A DNA stretch of 64,000 nucleotides from Thermoplasmata archaeon (GTDB lineage Archaea > Thermoplasmatota > Thermoplasmata > Lutacidiplasmatales > UBA184). Position numbers and translations under genes: made by a program. Shown piece after piece: positions 51,287 through 59,692 of the stretch. Numbering within the stretch: position 1 is the first letter of the stretch; every line of letters begins with the position of its first letter. Under the pieces are notes generated by a model. That model saw nothing but the letters and a program-made list of their open reading frames with translations, ran no database searches and was not told the origin of the DNA. Location: positions 3,024-67,023 of the forward strand of contig JBJKRJ010000007.1 in assembly GCA_046704665.1 (NCBI GenBank). Direction: 5' to 3'.

Positions 51287-52969
51287 ATGCTGAAACACGA
51301 CGTTGTGGTCGTTGGAGCAGGCCTCGCCGGACAGCGTGCCGCCCTCGCGGCGGTCGAGGCCCACCTCGATGTCGCGGTCGTCACGAAGCTCCACCCCCTG
51401 CGCGCCCACTCGGGAGCGGCCCAGGGCGGGATCAACGCCTCGGTGGGGGCCAGCGATTCCATTGAGGCGCACACCTACGACACGGTGAAGGGCTCGGACT
51501 ATCTCGGCGACCAGGACGCCGTCGAGCTCCTCTGTCGCGAGGCCGGCCCCATCGTCATCGAGATGGAGCACTTCGGCACGGTGTTCAACCGGGCCCCGGA
51601 CGGCACGCTTGCGCAGCGTCCTTTCGGGGGGGCCGGGTTCCCGCGCACCGTCTATGCGGCCGACCGCACCGGTCTCGCGCTCCTCGTGGGTCTCTGGGAG
51701 CGCCTGATCGCGGAGCGGTTCACGCTCTACGAGGAGTGGCAGCTCGTGAAGCTCGTCGTACGCGACGGCCGGGTCCAGGGCTTGGTCGCCCTCGACCGCC
51801 GGAAGGGGGAGTTCCAGGAGATCGCCGCGAAGGCGGTCGTCCTCGCGACCGGACCGGCCGGACGCATCTTCGGCCGCACGACCAACTCGCACAGCTGCAC
51901 GGGAGACGGCGGGGCGGTCGCCTACGATGCGGGCGTCCTCCTCAAGGATATGGAGTTCGTCCAGTTCCACCCGACCGCCCTTCTCGAGTCGAGCGTGCTC
52001 ATCACGGAAGGGGCCCGGGGAGAGGGCGGCTTTCTCAAGAATGTCCAGGGCGAGCGCTTCATGTCGAAGTACGCGCCGAAGGCGCTCGAGCTCGCCTCGC
52101 GCGATGTCGTGTCCCGGTCGATCGCGACCGAGGTGCTCCAGGGCCGCGGGTTCTCCGGTCCCTACGGGGGGTACGTCACCCTCGAGCTGATGCACCTGGG
52201 GAAGGAGAAGGTGGAGAGCCGGCTCCAGGAGATCTGCGACTACTGCCGCTTCTTTGCGGGGATCGATCCCGTGACCGAACCGATCCCGGTCTATCCGGCC
52301 CAGCACTACATGATGGGCGGGATCGGGACCGACGTCCACGGCGCGACGAACATCGCCGGCCTCTTTGCGGCCGGCGAGGCGGCGTGCGTGTCGGTCCACG
52401 GGGCGAACCGTCTGGGCGGGAACTCGCTCCTCGAGGCGATCGTGTTCGGCAAGCAGGCCGGCATCGCGGCGGCGGCGTTCGCGGCCCAGGCCTCCCTTCC
52501 CGTGATGCATGCCACGGACCTCGAGGAGGCCATGGCCCCCGCACGGGGATGGTCGAGCCGGTCGGACGGCGAGGACCCCTCGACGCTCCGGACCGAGATG
52601 CAGCAGACGATGGACCGGTACGTCGGGATCTTCCGCAACGAGGCCGATCTGGCCGAGGGTCTAAAGCGGATCCGGGCGCTCCAGAAGCGGTTCGAACGGG
52701 TCCGGGTGGTCGACCAGTCGAAGGTGTACAACCTGAACCTCACGGACGCCTACGAGGCCGGACAGATGCTCAAGCTCGCCGAGGTCATCCTGGTCGGCGC
52801 GTACGCGCGTACCGAGAGCCGCGGCGCGCATACCCGGACGGACTATCCGAAGCGGGACGATGCCCGGTGGATGCGCCACACGCTGGCGCAGAAGGGACCC
52901 GAGGGACCGACCCTCTCGTACAGTCCCGTGACGATCACACGGTATGAGCCCAAGGAGAGGGTGTACTAA
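51287..52969 (+). CDS. sdhA: Succinate dehydrogenase/fumarate reductase flavoprotein
   Basis: GAGLAG, RAHSGAAQGG (FAD His), QFHPT, EGARGEG, ELASRD, HYMMGG, HGANRLGGNSL. Confidence 0.95.
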   Translation: MLKHDVVVVGAGLAGQRAALAAVEAHLDVAVVTKLHPLRAHSGAAQGGINASVGASDSIEAHTYDTVKGSDYLGDQDAVELLCREAGPIVIEMEHFGTVFNRAPDGTLAQRPFGGAGFPRTVYAADRTGLALLVGLWERLIAERFTLYEEWQLVKLVVRDGRVQGLVALDRRKGEFQEIAAKAVVLATGPAGRIFGRTTNSHSCTGDGGAVAYDAGVLLKDMEFVQFHPTALLESSVLITEGARGEGGFLKNVQGERFMSKYAPKALELASRDVVSRSIATEVLQGRGFSGPYGGYVTLELMHLGKEKVESRLQEICDYCRFFAGIDPVTEPIPVYPAQHYMMGGIGTDVHGATNIAGLFAAGEAACVSVHGANRLGGNSLLEAIVFGKQAGIAAAAFAAQASLPVMHATDLEEAMAPARGWSSRSDGEDPSTLRTEMQQTMDRYVGIFRNEADLAEGLKRIRALQKRFERVRVVDQSKVYNLNLTDAYEAGQMLKLAEVILVGAYARTESRGAHTRTDYPKRDDARWMRHTLAQKGPEGPTLSYSPVTITRYEPKERVY

Positions 52970-53940
52970 TGACCGAAGAACTTGTCTCCGCGTCCTTCGA
53001 CATCTACCGCTACGACCCTACGAAGGACGCGCGCCCCCGCTACCAGCGCTACACGCTCGAGCTCACCCCGCACACCCCCGTACTGACCGCGCTGCTCAGG
53101 ATCCGCGCCGAGATGGATCCGACCCTGACGCTGCGCTACTCCTGCCGTCACTCGATCTGCGGGTCGTGCGCGATGCAGATCAACTCGAAGAGCCGGCTCG
53201 CCTGCCAGACCCACATCGGCCCCGAGATGGCCCGGCACGGCAAGATCGTGATCGAGCCGATGCGCAACCAGCCGGTGCTGCGCGACCTCGTGGTCGACCA
53301 GACGCCGTTCTGGCGCCAGTACACCCGCATCGAGCCGTTCCTCAAGCTCGACCCGGCCCACCCGATGCCCGAGGGCCAACCGACGGCGATGACGGCCGAG
53401 CAGGTCGCCAAGTTCCACGAGACCCCCCGATGCATCGCCTGCGCCGCGTGCTTCTCGGCATGTCCGGCGGTCGAGTCCGATCCGGAGTTCCCGGGACCGA
53501 TGGCGCTCGCGAAGCTCTATCGGTTCGCCGTCGACCCGCGGGACCACGCCCACCAGGACCGACTCGTGCGGATCCAGCCGGGCGGTCTCTGGCTCTGCCT
53601 GCGCTGCCACCTCTGCACCGAATCGTGTCCGAAGGACGTCCGGCCGTCCGAGCGGATCCGCGACCTCAAGGAGATGGCGATCGCGGTCCAGGGTGCGACC
53701 GAGCACGGCTCGAAGCACGCGGTGGGCTTCAAGGAGAACATCCCGGCCGCCGGCCTCCTGAACGAGATGAAGCTCGTCCGCGCGACGTTCGGCTTCGGTG
53801 GGATGCTGGGACAGCTCGGCCAGGGGATCCGGATCTGGCGGAAGAAGCCCGAGATCCTCCGCAAGCCCCACACGATCCAGGCGGTCGAGGAGGTCCGGCG
53901 GATCTATGCGGCCCTCGACCGGGAGGAGGAACGGAAATGA
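52969..53940 (+). CDS. sdhB: Succinate dehydrogenase/fumarate reductase iron-sulfur subunit with HdrC-like tail
   Basis: CRHSICGSC..C, CIACAACFSAC, CLRCHLCTESC. Confidence 0.93.
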   Translation: MTEELVSASFDIYRYDPTKDARPRYQRYTLELTPHTPVLTALLRIRAEMDPTLTLRYSCRHSICGSCAMQINSKSRLACQTHIGPEMARHGKIVIEPMRNQPVLRDLVVDQTPFWRQYTRIEPFLKLDPAHPMPEGQPTAMTAEQVAKFHETPRCIACAACFSACPAVESDPEFPGPMALAKLYRFAVDPRDHAHQDRLVRIQPGGLWLCLRCHLCTESCPKDVRPSERIRDLKEMAIAVQGATEHGSKHAVGFKENIPAAGLLNEMKLVRATFGFGGMLGQLGQGIRIWRKKPEILRKPHTIQAVEEVRRIYAALDREEERK

Positions 53941-54818
53941 GGATTGCCTACTACCCCGGGTGCGTCGCCCAGGAGTCGGGCAAGGAGCTCGACATGGCGA
54001 CCCGGTACGTCTGTCGAGCGTTCGGGATCGAGCTGGTCGAGTTCCCGAGCTTCTCCTGCTGCGGCTCCGGCTTCATCGACGAGGCGAACGAGGCGCTGAA
54101 CATCGCGATCAACGCCCGGAACCTCGCGATCGCCGAGCGCGCCGGCCTCGATGTGCTCACGATCTGCTCGACCTGCCAAGGGATGCTGAACCTGGCGAAC
54201 GTCCGCCTCGAGGACCCCGCGATCAAGACGCGCGTCGACCGGGCGCTCCAGCCGATCGGGATCGAGTACAAGGGCACGGCGAAGGTCAAGCACCTGTTGC
54301 GGGTGCTGACCGAGGACATCGGGCTCGAGGCGGTCAAGGCGAAGGTCCGCCGCCCGCTCACCGGCCTCAAGGTCGGCGCCTTCTACGGCTGCCACCTCCT
54401 CCGGCCCGGCGACGAGATGGGCTGGGAGGACGGGGAGGAGCCGCACGCGTTCGAGGACCTTCTCTCCGTCCTCGGCGCCTCGCCGGTCGATTACCGGGGA
54501 CGCGTGATGTGCTGCGGCTTCCCGATCCAGTTCGTGAAGGAGGAGACGGCGAGCCGCATCGCCGGTCGGCAGATCCTCGACGCGAAGGCCCACGGGGCCG
54601 ACGCGATGGCGACGCCGTGCCCGCTCTGCCACATCTCGCTCGATGCCTATCAGAACAAGGCCGCGCAGGTCGTCCAGCAGCCGCTCGACATGCCGGTCTT
54701 CCACCTCCCCCAGCTGGTCGGACTCGCCCTCGGGGCCTCTCCCGAGGAGATGGGGCTCGCACGTCACCTGGTCCGGACCGATGCGACCCTCGCCAAGGTG
54801 AGCGTCTCTGCCCACTGA
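53937..54818 (+). CDS. CCG-domain (HdrB-like) subunit of type-E SDH/FRD
   Basis: YYPGC, CCG, CSTC, FYGC, CCG, CPLC; ATGA overlap with sdhB. Confidence 0.9.
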   Translation: MRIAYYPGCVAQESGKELDMATRYVCRAFGIELVEFPSFSCCGSGFIDEANEALNIAINARNLAIAERAGLDVLTICSTCQGMLNLANVRLEDPAIKTRVDRALQPIGIEYKGTAKVKHLLRVLTEDIGLEAVKAKVRRPLTGLKVGAFYGCHLLRPGDEMGWEDGEEPHAFEDLLSVLGASPVDYRGRVMCCGFPIQFVKEETASRIAGRQILDAKAHGADAMATPCPLCHISLDAYQNKAAQVVQQPLDMPVFHLPQLVGLALGASPEEMGLARHLVRTDATLAKVSVSAH

Positions 54819-55248
54819 ACGGACCCGCCGGGGCGAGCGTCGCCGCTACGCGAGCGGCACGCCGTGGGAGCCGAAGGTCGGCTACAGTCGGGCGGTCCGG
54901 GTCGGCGACCGCGTGCTCGTCTCGGGCACGACCGCGACGGCCCCCGACGGGACGATCGTGGGACGGGGGGATACCTACCGTCAGACCACCCAGGCCCTCG
55001 AGAACATCGAGCGGGCCCTCGGGGCGCTGGGAAGCTCCCGCGACGAGGTGGTGCGCCTGCGGATCTACGTCACCGATTTCGCCGACTTCGAGGAGGTCGC
55101 GCGGGCCCTGGCCGAGCGGTTCGGGACGGTCCTCCCCGCGGCGACCATGGTCAAGGTCGCCGGACTCATCGACCCGGCGATGCGGATCGAGATCGAGGCC
55201 GAGGCGGTGGACCGATCGACGCCGGGCTCGTCCGGGGCCCGTCGCTAG
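54808..55248 (+). CDS. RidA/YjgF/UK114 family protein; probable CTG start
   Basis: SGTPWE..VGYSRAVRVG..VLVSGTT, VVR.RIYV, PAATMV.V..L, IEIEA. Confidence 0.88.
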   Translation: MPTERTRRGERRRYASGTPWEPKVGYSRAVRVGDRVLVSGTTATAPDGTIVGRGDTYRQTTQALENIERALGALGSSRDEVVRLRIYVTDFADFEEVARALAERFGTVLPAATMVKVAGLIDPAMRIEIEAEAVDRSTPGSSGARR

Positions 55249-55553
55249 TCCTGCGCCGGTTCCTCAGAGGCCGACGCGGACGCCGCGCCGAGCCGTCGCG
55301 CTCCTTCGCCCTTCGTCACGTAGAGATGGAGTCGGTCGCACATGCGCCGGAAGTAGGCCTGCGACGCGTCCCGGCCGAACTCGGTACGAAGGTATTCTCC
55401 CAGATCGTCCTCGGAGAGCCCCGGATCGACCGACGGCGAGAACATGCACTCGAAGACGAGGAAGCGCCTTCCTTCCAGGTCGAAGCGGTCGGTCTCGGGG
55501 GCACCGCAGAACGGACAGTGGAGCACGGTTCCCGGATCGCCGACGGGGGCCAT
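55245..55553 (-). CDS. Small hypothetical protein with CPFC and further Cys/His (possible metal binding)
   Basis: HCPFCG, FEC, MCDRLH; follows guaAB on the same strand. Confidence 0.65.
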   Translation of the reverse strand: MAPVGDPGTVLHCPFCGAPETDRFDLEGRRFLVFECMFSPSVDPGLSEDDLGEYLRTEFGRDASQAYFRRMCDRLHLYVTKGEGARRLGAASASASEEPAQD

Positions 55554-55623
55554 AACGGTTCGCGGGTCCGCCCGACCGGGAGGCCGGGTGACCCGCCTCC
55601 GCGCACGGCCCGGACCCGGAGGA

Positions 55624-56571
55624 TCACTCCCACTCGATCGTGGCCGGCGGCTTGTCCGTCACATCGTAGAGCACGCGGACCACCTCGCCCGACAGCTCGC
55701 GGGTGATGCGTTCGGCGATGCGGGAGAGGACCGACCGCGGGAGCGCCATCGCGGTCGCGGTCATCGCATCGATGGATTCGACCGCCCGCACGCTCACCGC
55801 CTCCCCGTGGACCCGGTTGTCCCCCAGGACACCGACCGTGCGGACCGGCAGGAGGACCGCAAAGTACTGCCACGGTCGGGCGATCTCCCCCGAGGCGATC
55901 CCCCGTTCGATCTCCTCCTCTACGATCGCGTTGGCGACGCGGGCCCGCCGGACGCGGTCCGCCGTCACCGGCCCGTTCACCCGGACGGCGAGCCCGGGAC
56001 CGGGGAACGGCTGGCGCTCGGCCTCGGGGATGCCGAGGTGGCGTGCGAGCGCGCGGACCTCGTCCTTGTAGAGATCGCGCAGCGGTTCGACCAGCGTGAG
56101 CCGCAGATCGGCCGGGATCCCGCCGACGTTGTGGTGCGTCTTGATCGTGTCCCGGAGCGCCCCGCCGCTCTCGATCCAATCGGGGGCGATCGTCCCCTGG
56201 ACGAGCCGGTCGGCCCCGAACTTCTCGGCCTCGGCCTCGAAGACGCGGACGAACTCCCGTCCGATGCGACGACGCTTCTCCTCCGGGTCCTCGATCCCCG
56301 CGAGCTCGGCGAAGAACCGGTTCGCCGCGTCCACGACCTCGAAGGTGAGCCGGCTCGACCGGAAGAACTCCCGTACCCGCTCGACCTCCCCGGCACGGAG
56401 GAGCCCGGTGTCGACGAAGACCGCCCGTGCCCGGTCCCCGAGCGCCCGCTCCGCAAGGATCGCCGCCGCCGTCGAGTCGATCCCGCCCGAGGCCGCGATG
56501 ATCGCCCGGCCGGGGACCTCCGCGCGCAGGCGGCCGACCGCCTCCTCCTCGAACTTGGCCGGATCGATCAC
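55624..56571 (-). CDS. guaAB: GMP synthase subunit B (ATP pyrophosphatase)
   Basis: SGGIDS, DPEEKR..IG, QGTIAPDWIES, IKTHHNVGG, RQPFPGPGLAVR, KPPATIEWE. Confidence 0.95.
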   Translation of the reverse strand: MIDPAKFEEEAVGRLRAEVPGRAIIAASGGIDSTAAAILAERALGDRARAVFVDTGLLRAGEVERVREFFRSSRLTFEVVDAANRFFAELAGIEDPEEKRRRIGREFVRVFEAEAEKFGADRLVQGTIAPDWIESGGALRDTIKTHHNVGGIPADLRLTLVEPLRDLYKDEVRALARHLGIPEAERQPFPGPGLAVRVNGPVTADRVRRARVANAIVEEEIERGIASGEIARPWQYFAVLLPVRTVGVLGDNRVHGEAVSVRAVESIDAMTATAMALPRSVLSRIAERITRELSGEVVRVLYDVTDKPPATIEWE

Positions 56572-57029
56572 GGGGATCCCCCGGACGGTCGGGGGACCTC
56601 CTCCTGCCATTTCGCCCGGTAGCGAGCGAGCTGGCGGGTCAGCTCGGGGTACTTGAGCGCGAGGATCTCCGTCGCAAGGAGCGCCGCGTTCTCCGCCGCA
56701 TCCAGTCCCACCGAGGCGACCGGGACCCCCGGGGGCATCTGCACGATGGAAAGGAGGCTGTCGAGGCCCAGCCCCCGGTGGAGCGGGACGCCGATGACCG
56801 GTTTCACCGTCCGTGCGGCCACCGCCCCGGGCAGGGCGGCCGAGAGGCCGGCCATCGCGATGAACAGGTCCGTGTCGGGGTCCCGGGCGAGCCGCTCGAC
56901 CTTTTCCGGTGTCCGGTGTGCCGAGGCGACGTGGACCTCGCAGGGCACTTGGAGGTCCTCGAGGCGCGCGCGCACCTTCTCCGCGATCTCGAGATCGGAC
57001 TTGCTGCCTACGAGAACGGTTACCTTCAC
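56568..57029 (-). CDS. purE: N5-CAIR mutase / AIR carboxylase
   Basis: GSKSD, SAHRTP, AGLSAALPG, PVIGVP, SIVQMPPGVPVA. Confidence 0.95.
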   Translation of the reverse strand: MKVTVLVGSKSDLEIAEKVRARLEDLQVPCEVHVASAHRTPEKVERLARDPDTDLFIAMAGLSAALPGAVAARTVKPVIGVPLHRGLGLDSLLSIVQMPPGVPVASVGLDAAENAALLATEILALKYPELTRQLARYRAKWQEEVPRPSGGSP

Positions 57030-57276
57030 GCCGGCCAGCGAGGACACCCGGGAGAAAAGGCTTCGTGCGGGAGGCCCGTCGCGGTCCCCGGCCGACCCCG
57101 AGACTCCGCGGGAGGGGTTCCCCCGTCCCGGCCCGGTCGGGCCCGTCGCGGTCGGACCCGCCCGGGACTCCTCGGCGGGCCGTGGCCCGGTCGGCGGCGC
57201 GGGACTGACCGCGGCGCGGTGAGTGGCCGAACCTCGACCGAGCCTTGATAGCCCGTATCGTCCCTCGCCGACCATC

Positions 57277-57930
57277 ATGGGCACGGAGTTCCCGCGGTCG
57301 CCCCGGTTCCGCCGGTGGCTGGGAACACGGCTCGGCGGGGACGAGGTCCTCGGGGACCGCGTCTGGCGGCGATGTCTGCATGCGGCCGGTGCGGCGGCCG
57401 TCGTCTACCTCGTACTCCCCGCCGACTTCTTCGTCGTTCTGCCCAAGGAGTATGTGCTCCTCCTCGCGCTCGCCGCGATCCTCGTGCTCGAGGGGGTCCG
57501 CCACTCGGTGGGGGTCGACCTGCCTACCCTGCGGCCGTACGAGCACCACCGGGTCGGCAGTTATGTCTTCTACGCGATCGCGCTCACCGGTGCGCTCCTT
57601 CTCTTCCCGGCTCCGATCGCGGCGGCCGTGATCCTCGGGACGGCGCTGATCGACCCCCTGGCCGGCGAGCTCCGTCGTTCCGCCCGGTTCACCCGATTCT
57701 ATCCCTCCCTACCGTTGGCCGCGTACGCGGTCCTCGCCCTCTACGGTCTGGGAACGGTCGGCGGGTGGCCGCTCGTGCCGTCCGTGGGGCTCGCGGTCCT
57801 CGCCGCCGTCATCGCGATCGCGGTCGAGCGTCCGAAGGTCCCCTGGATCGATGACGACCTCGCGATGACGTTCGCTCCGGCGCTCGCGCTCTTCGTGGTC
57901 GGATCGCTCGCGCTCGGACTACCGGCGTGA
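57277..57930 (+). CDS. Polyprenol/dolichol kinase-like membrane protein (CTP-transferase family)
   Basis: RR.LH, LE..R, LR.YE, DPLAG, E......DD.L; multiple TM helices. Confidence 0.75.
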   Translation: MGTEFPRSPRFRRWLGTRLGGDEVLGDRVWRRCLHAAGAAAVVYLVLPADFFVVLPKEYVLLLALAAILVLEGVRHSVGVDLPTLRPYEHHRVGSYVFYAIALTGALLLFPAPIAAAVILGTALIDPLAGELRRSARFTRFYPSLPLAAYAVLALYGLGTVGGWPLVPSVGLAVLAAVIAIAVERPKVPWIDDDLAMTFAPALALFVVGSLALGLPA

Positions 57931-57936
57931 GCCCGC

Positions 57937-59481
57937 TCAGACGACCGGGGTCAGGACCGCGTGCGGCGCTCCCTTCTCGGGGTCGGGACTGATCGCATAG
58001 ATCGTCGTGCGCGGCCGGATCCCGTAGATGCACGGAGCATTGTCGATGTTGATGATGCGGAAGTACGTGTCCATCATGTTCAGGATCTCGCTCGAGACCA
58101 GGAGCCCGGGCTTGAGCAGTCCGATCCCGAGGTTTCCCACGTGCTTCGTGCGGGAGACCCCCTGGAAGTACATGCGGATCGCGACCTGATCGCCCATGAG
58201 GCTCTCGAACGTGTCGAACCCGGTGTACTCGATGAACGGCTTGCGCTCGGGGCCGGCGACCGCCTTCTCCGCGGTGACCATCGCGCGCATCGCCTCGTCC
58301 CGTCCGAACCGGGCCATCGGCAGGATGTACGGATCTTCGGTCTCGTTCGCGGTGTAGTCCGGGATCCGCACGCGCGTGTCGAACTGGTTCTGCGGGACGT
58401 GCCGCACGAGGGTCTCGCGGAGCTTCTCGGGCGACTCGCCCGCCGCCAGGACCGCGATGATCCCCCGACCCTGGGAGAGGAAGTTGAGGAACGTCGGGGT
58501 GAACAGTAGGTAGTAGTCGTCGATCCCGACGTTGACATCGACCTCGAAGGCGTTGAAGCTCCCCCGGCGGAACCCGCCGCCCAGGAGACGATCGAAGTCC
58601 GGGATCCCGGTCGAGTAGTGGCGTTCGGGGTCCGAGAGCGGTTTCCAGCTGCCGGGGGAGGCGTGTCCGTTGAGGGCGTCTCGGACCCCCAGCGCCTCGA
58701 ACCGTCCGCGGTCGAGGGTCACGGCGTATCGCGCGCGGCCGATGTTGGTCGCCCGGAGCTTCTCGAGGCGAAGGTGGCGCACGCGCCGCTCGTCGAGCTC
58801 CTCGCGCTGGATCGAGATCAGTCCGTCGACGAGGTATTCGATCCCGCCCGCCTCGGGCTTTTCCAGGATCATCACCACGTCGGTGCCCGAGCCCTCCACG
58901 AGGTCCTTCTGGAGGGCCATGACGAACTCCTCCATCTCGAGACCGTACTTGTGGGTCACACCCTCCAGCGAGTCGATCACGAGCAGCGACTTCTCCGGCA
59001 GCGCCCGCTCGATGCGGTTGTAGACGTTCTCGACCTCCGGCATCGGGCTCCGCTTCAGGAGCGCCTGGAGGTGCGTGCGGTCGACGCGCGTCGGGGGACC
59101 GCGTTCCTGACCGAAGCTTCCCAGGACCTCCTTCCCCGCCCGCACCTTGCGCTGCTCCGACTCGGGGAGGTCCGTCTCTCGGGGCTTCCCCGTGGCGTTG
59201 ATCGCGTCCAAGAACAGCTTCGCGGCATCGAGGACCCGCGTCCGGAGCTCGGTCGAACGGAGCCAGGGGAACTGCCGGTAGAGCGCCTCGTCCCCGACCC
59301 GGGTGGAAAGGTAGTACGAGCGGTTCGGTTGGCCCACCCGTTCGAGGAGCTCGAGGCCGAACGTCGTCTTTCCGGTCCCGGCCCCGCCCTTGATGATCAG
59401 CGACCGTCCGCCCTTCCCGCTCAGGAAGGTGACGACCTCCGGCGGAACTCCCCCGACCGTGCTCCCGTCGCTGGCATTCAT
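57937..59481 (-). CDS. RAD55/KaiC/GvpD-like double-domain P-loop ATPase
   Basis: IIKGGAGTGKTTF, VIDS, YLVDG, LEKLRA; second domain STGIPDFDRLLGGG without Walker A. Confidence 0.88.
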   Translation of the reverse strand: MNASDGSTVGGVPPEVVTFLSGKGGRSLIIKGGAGTGKTTFGLELLERVGQPNRSYYLSTRVGDEALYRQFPWLRSTELRTRVLDAAKLFLDAINATGKPRETDLPESEQRKVRAGKEVLGSFGQERGPPTRVDRTHLQALLKRSPMPEVENVYNRIERALPEKSLLVIDSLEGVTHKYGLEMEEFVMALQKDLVEGSGTDVVMILEKPEAGGIEYLVDGLISIQREELDERRVRHLRLEKLRATNIGRARYAVTLDRGRFEALGVRDALNGHASPGSWKPLSDPERHYSTGIPDFDRLLGGGFRRGSFNAFEVDVNVGIDDYYLLFTPTFLNFLSQGRGIIAVLAAGESPEKLRETLVRHVPQNQFDTRVRIPDYTANETEDPYILPMARFGRDEAMRAMVTAEKAVAGPERKPFIEYTGFDTFESLMGDQVAIRMYFQGVSRTKHVGNLGIGLLKPGLLVSSEILNMMDTYFRIINIDNAPCIYGIRPRTTIYAISPDPEKGAPHAVLTPVV

Positions 59482-59692
59482 GGTGACCCTGTGATGCACG
59501 GGCGGACCGAGGAGCCCGGAGCCCGACGATCCAGTCCGTGTTCGGTCCGTGATGTGCACCTTCGGAAAGTAAAGGTTTCGGCGTTGAGGCGGCGGAGGCT
59601 CGGGCCCGACGGCCGGGCATTCGGCGCGCTTCGGCCCCGCCCCTTCGTCGCGAGGGCCCGGGGGTCGGAAGGGACTTCGTGCGGTCCCCGGA

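Noticed and set aside
59495-59558. Nested inverted repeat (CGGACCGA/TCGGTCCG, TGCAC/GTGCA) upstream of the KaiC-like gene
   Set aside because: The likely TSS falls inside one arm, the stems are short for high-GC DNA, and no riboswitch motif was recognised.
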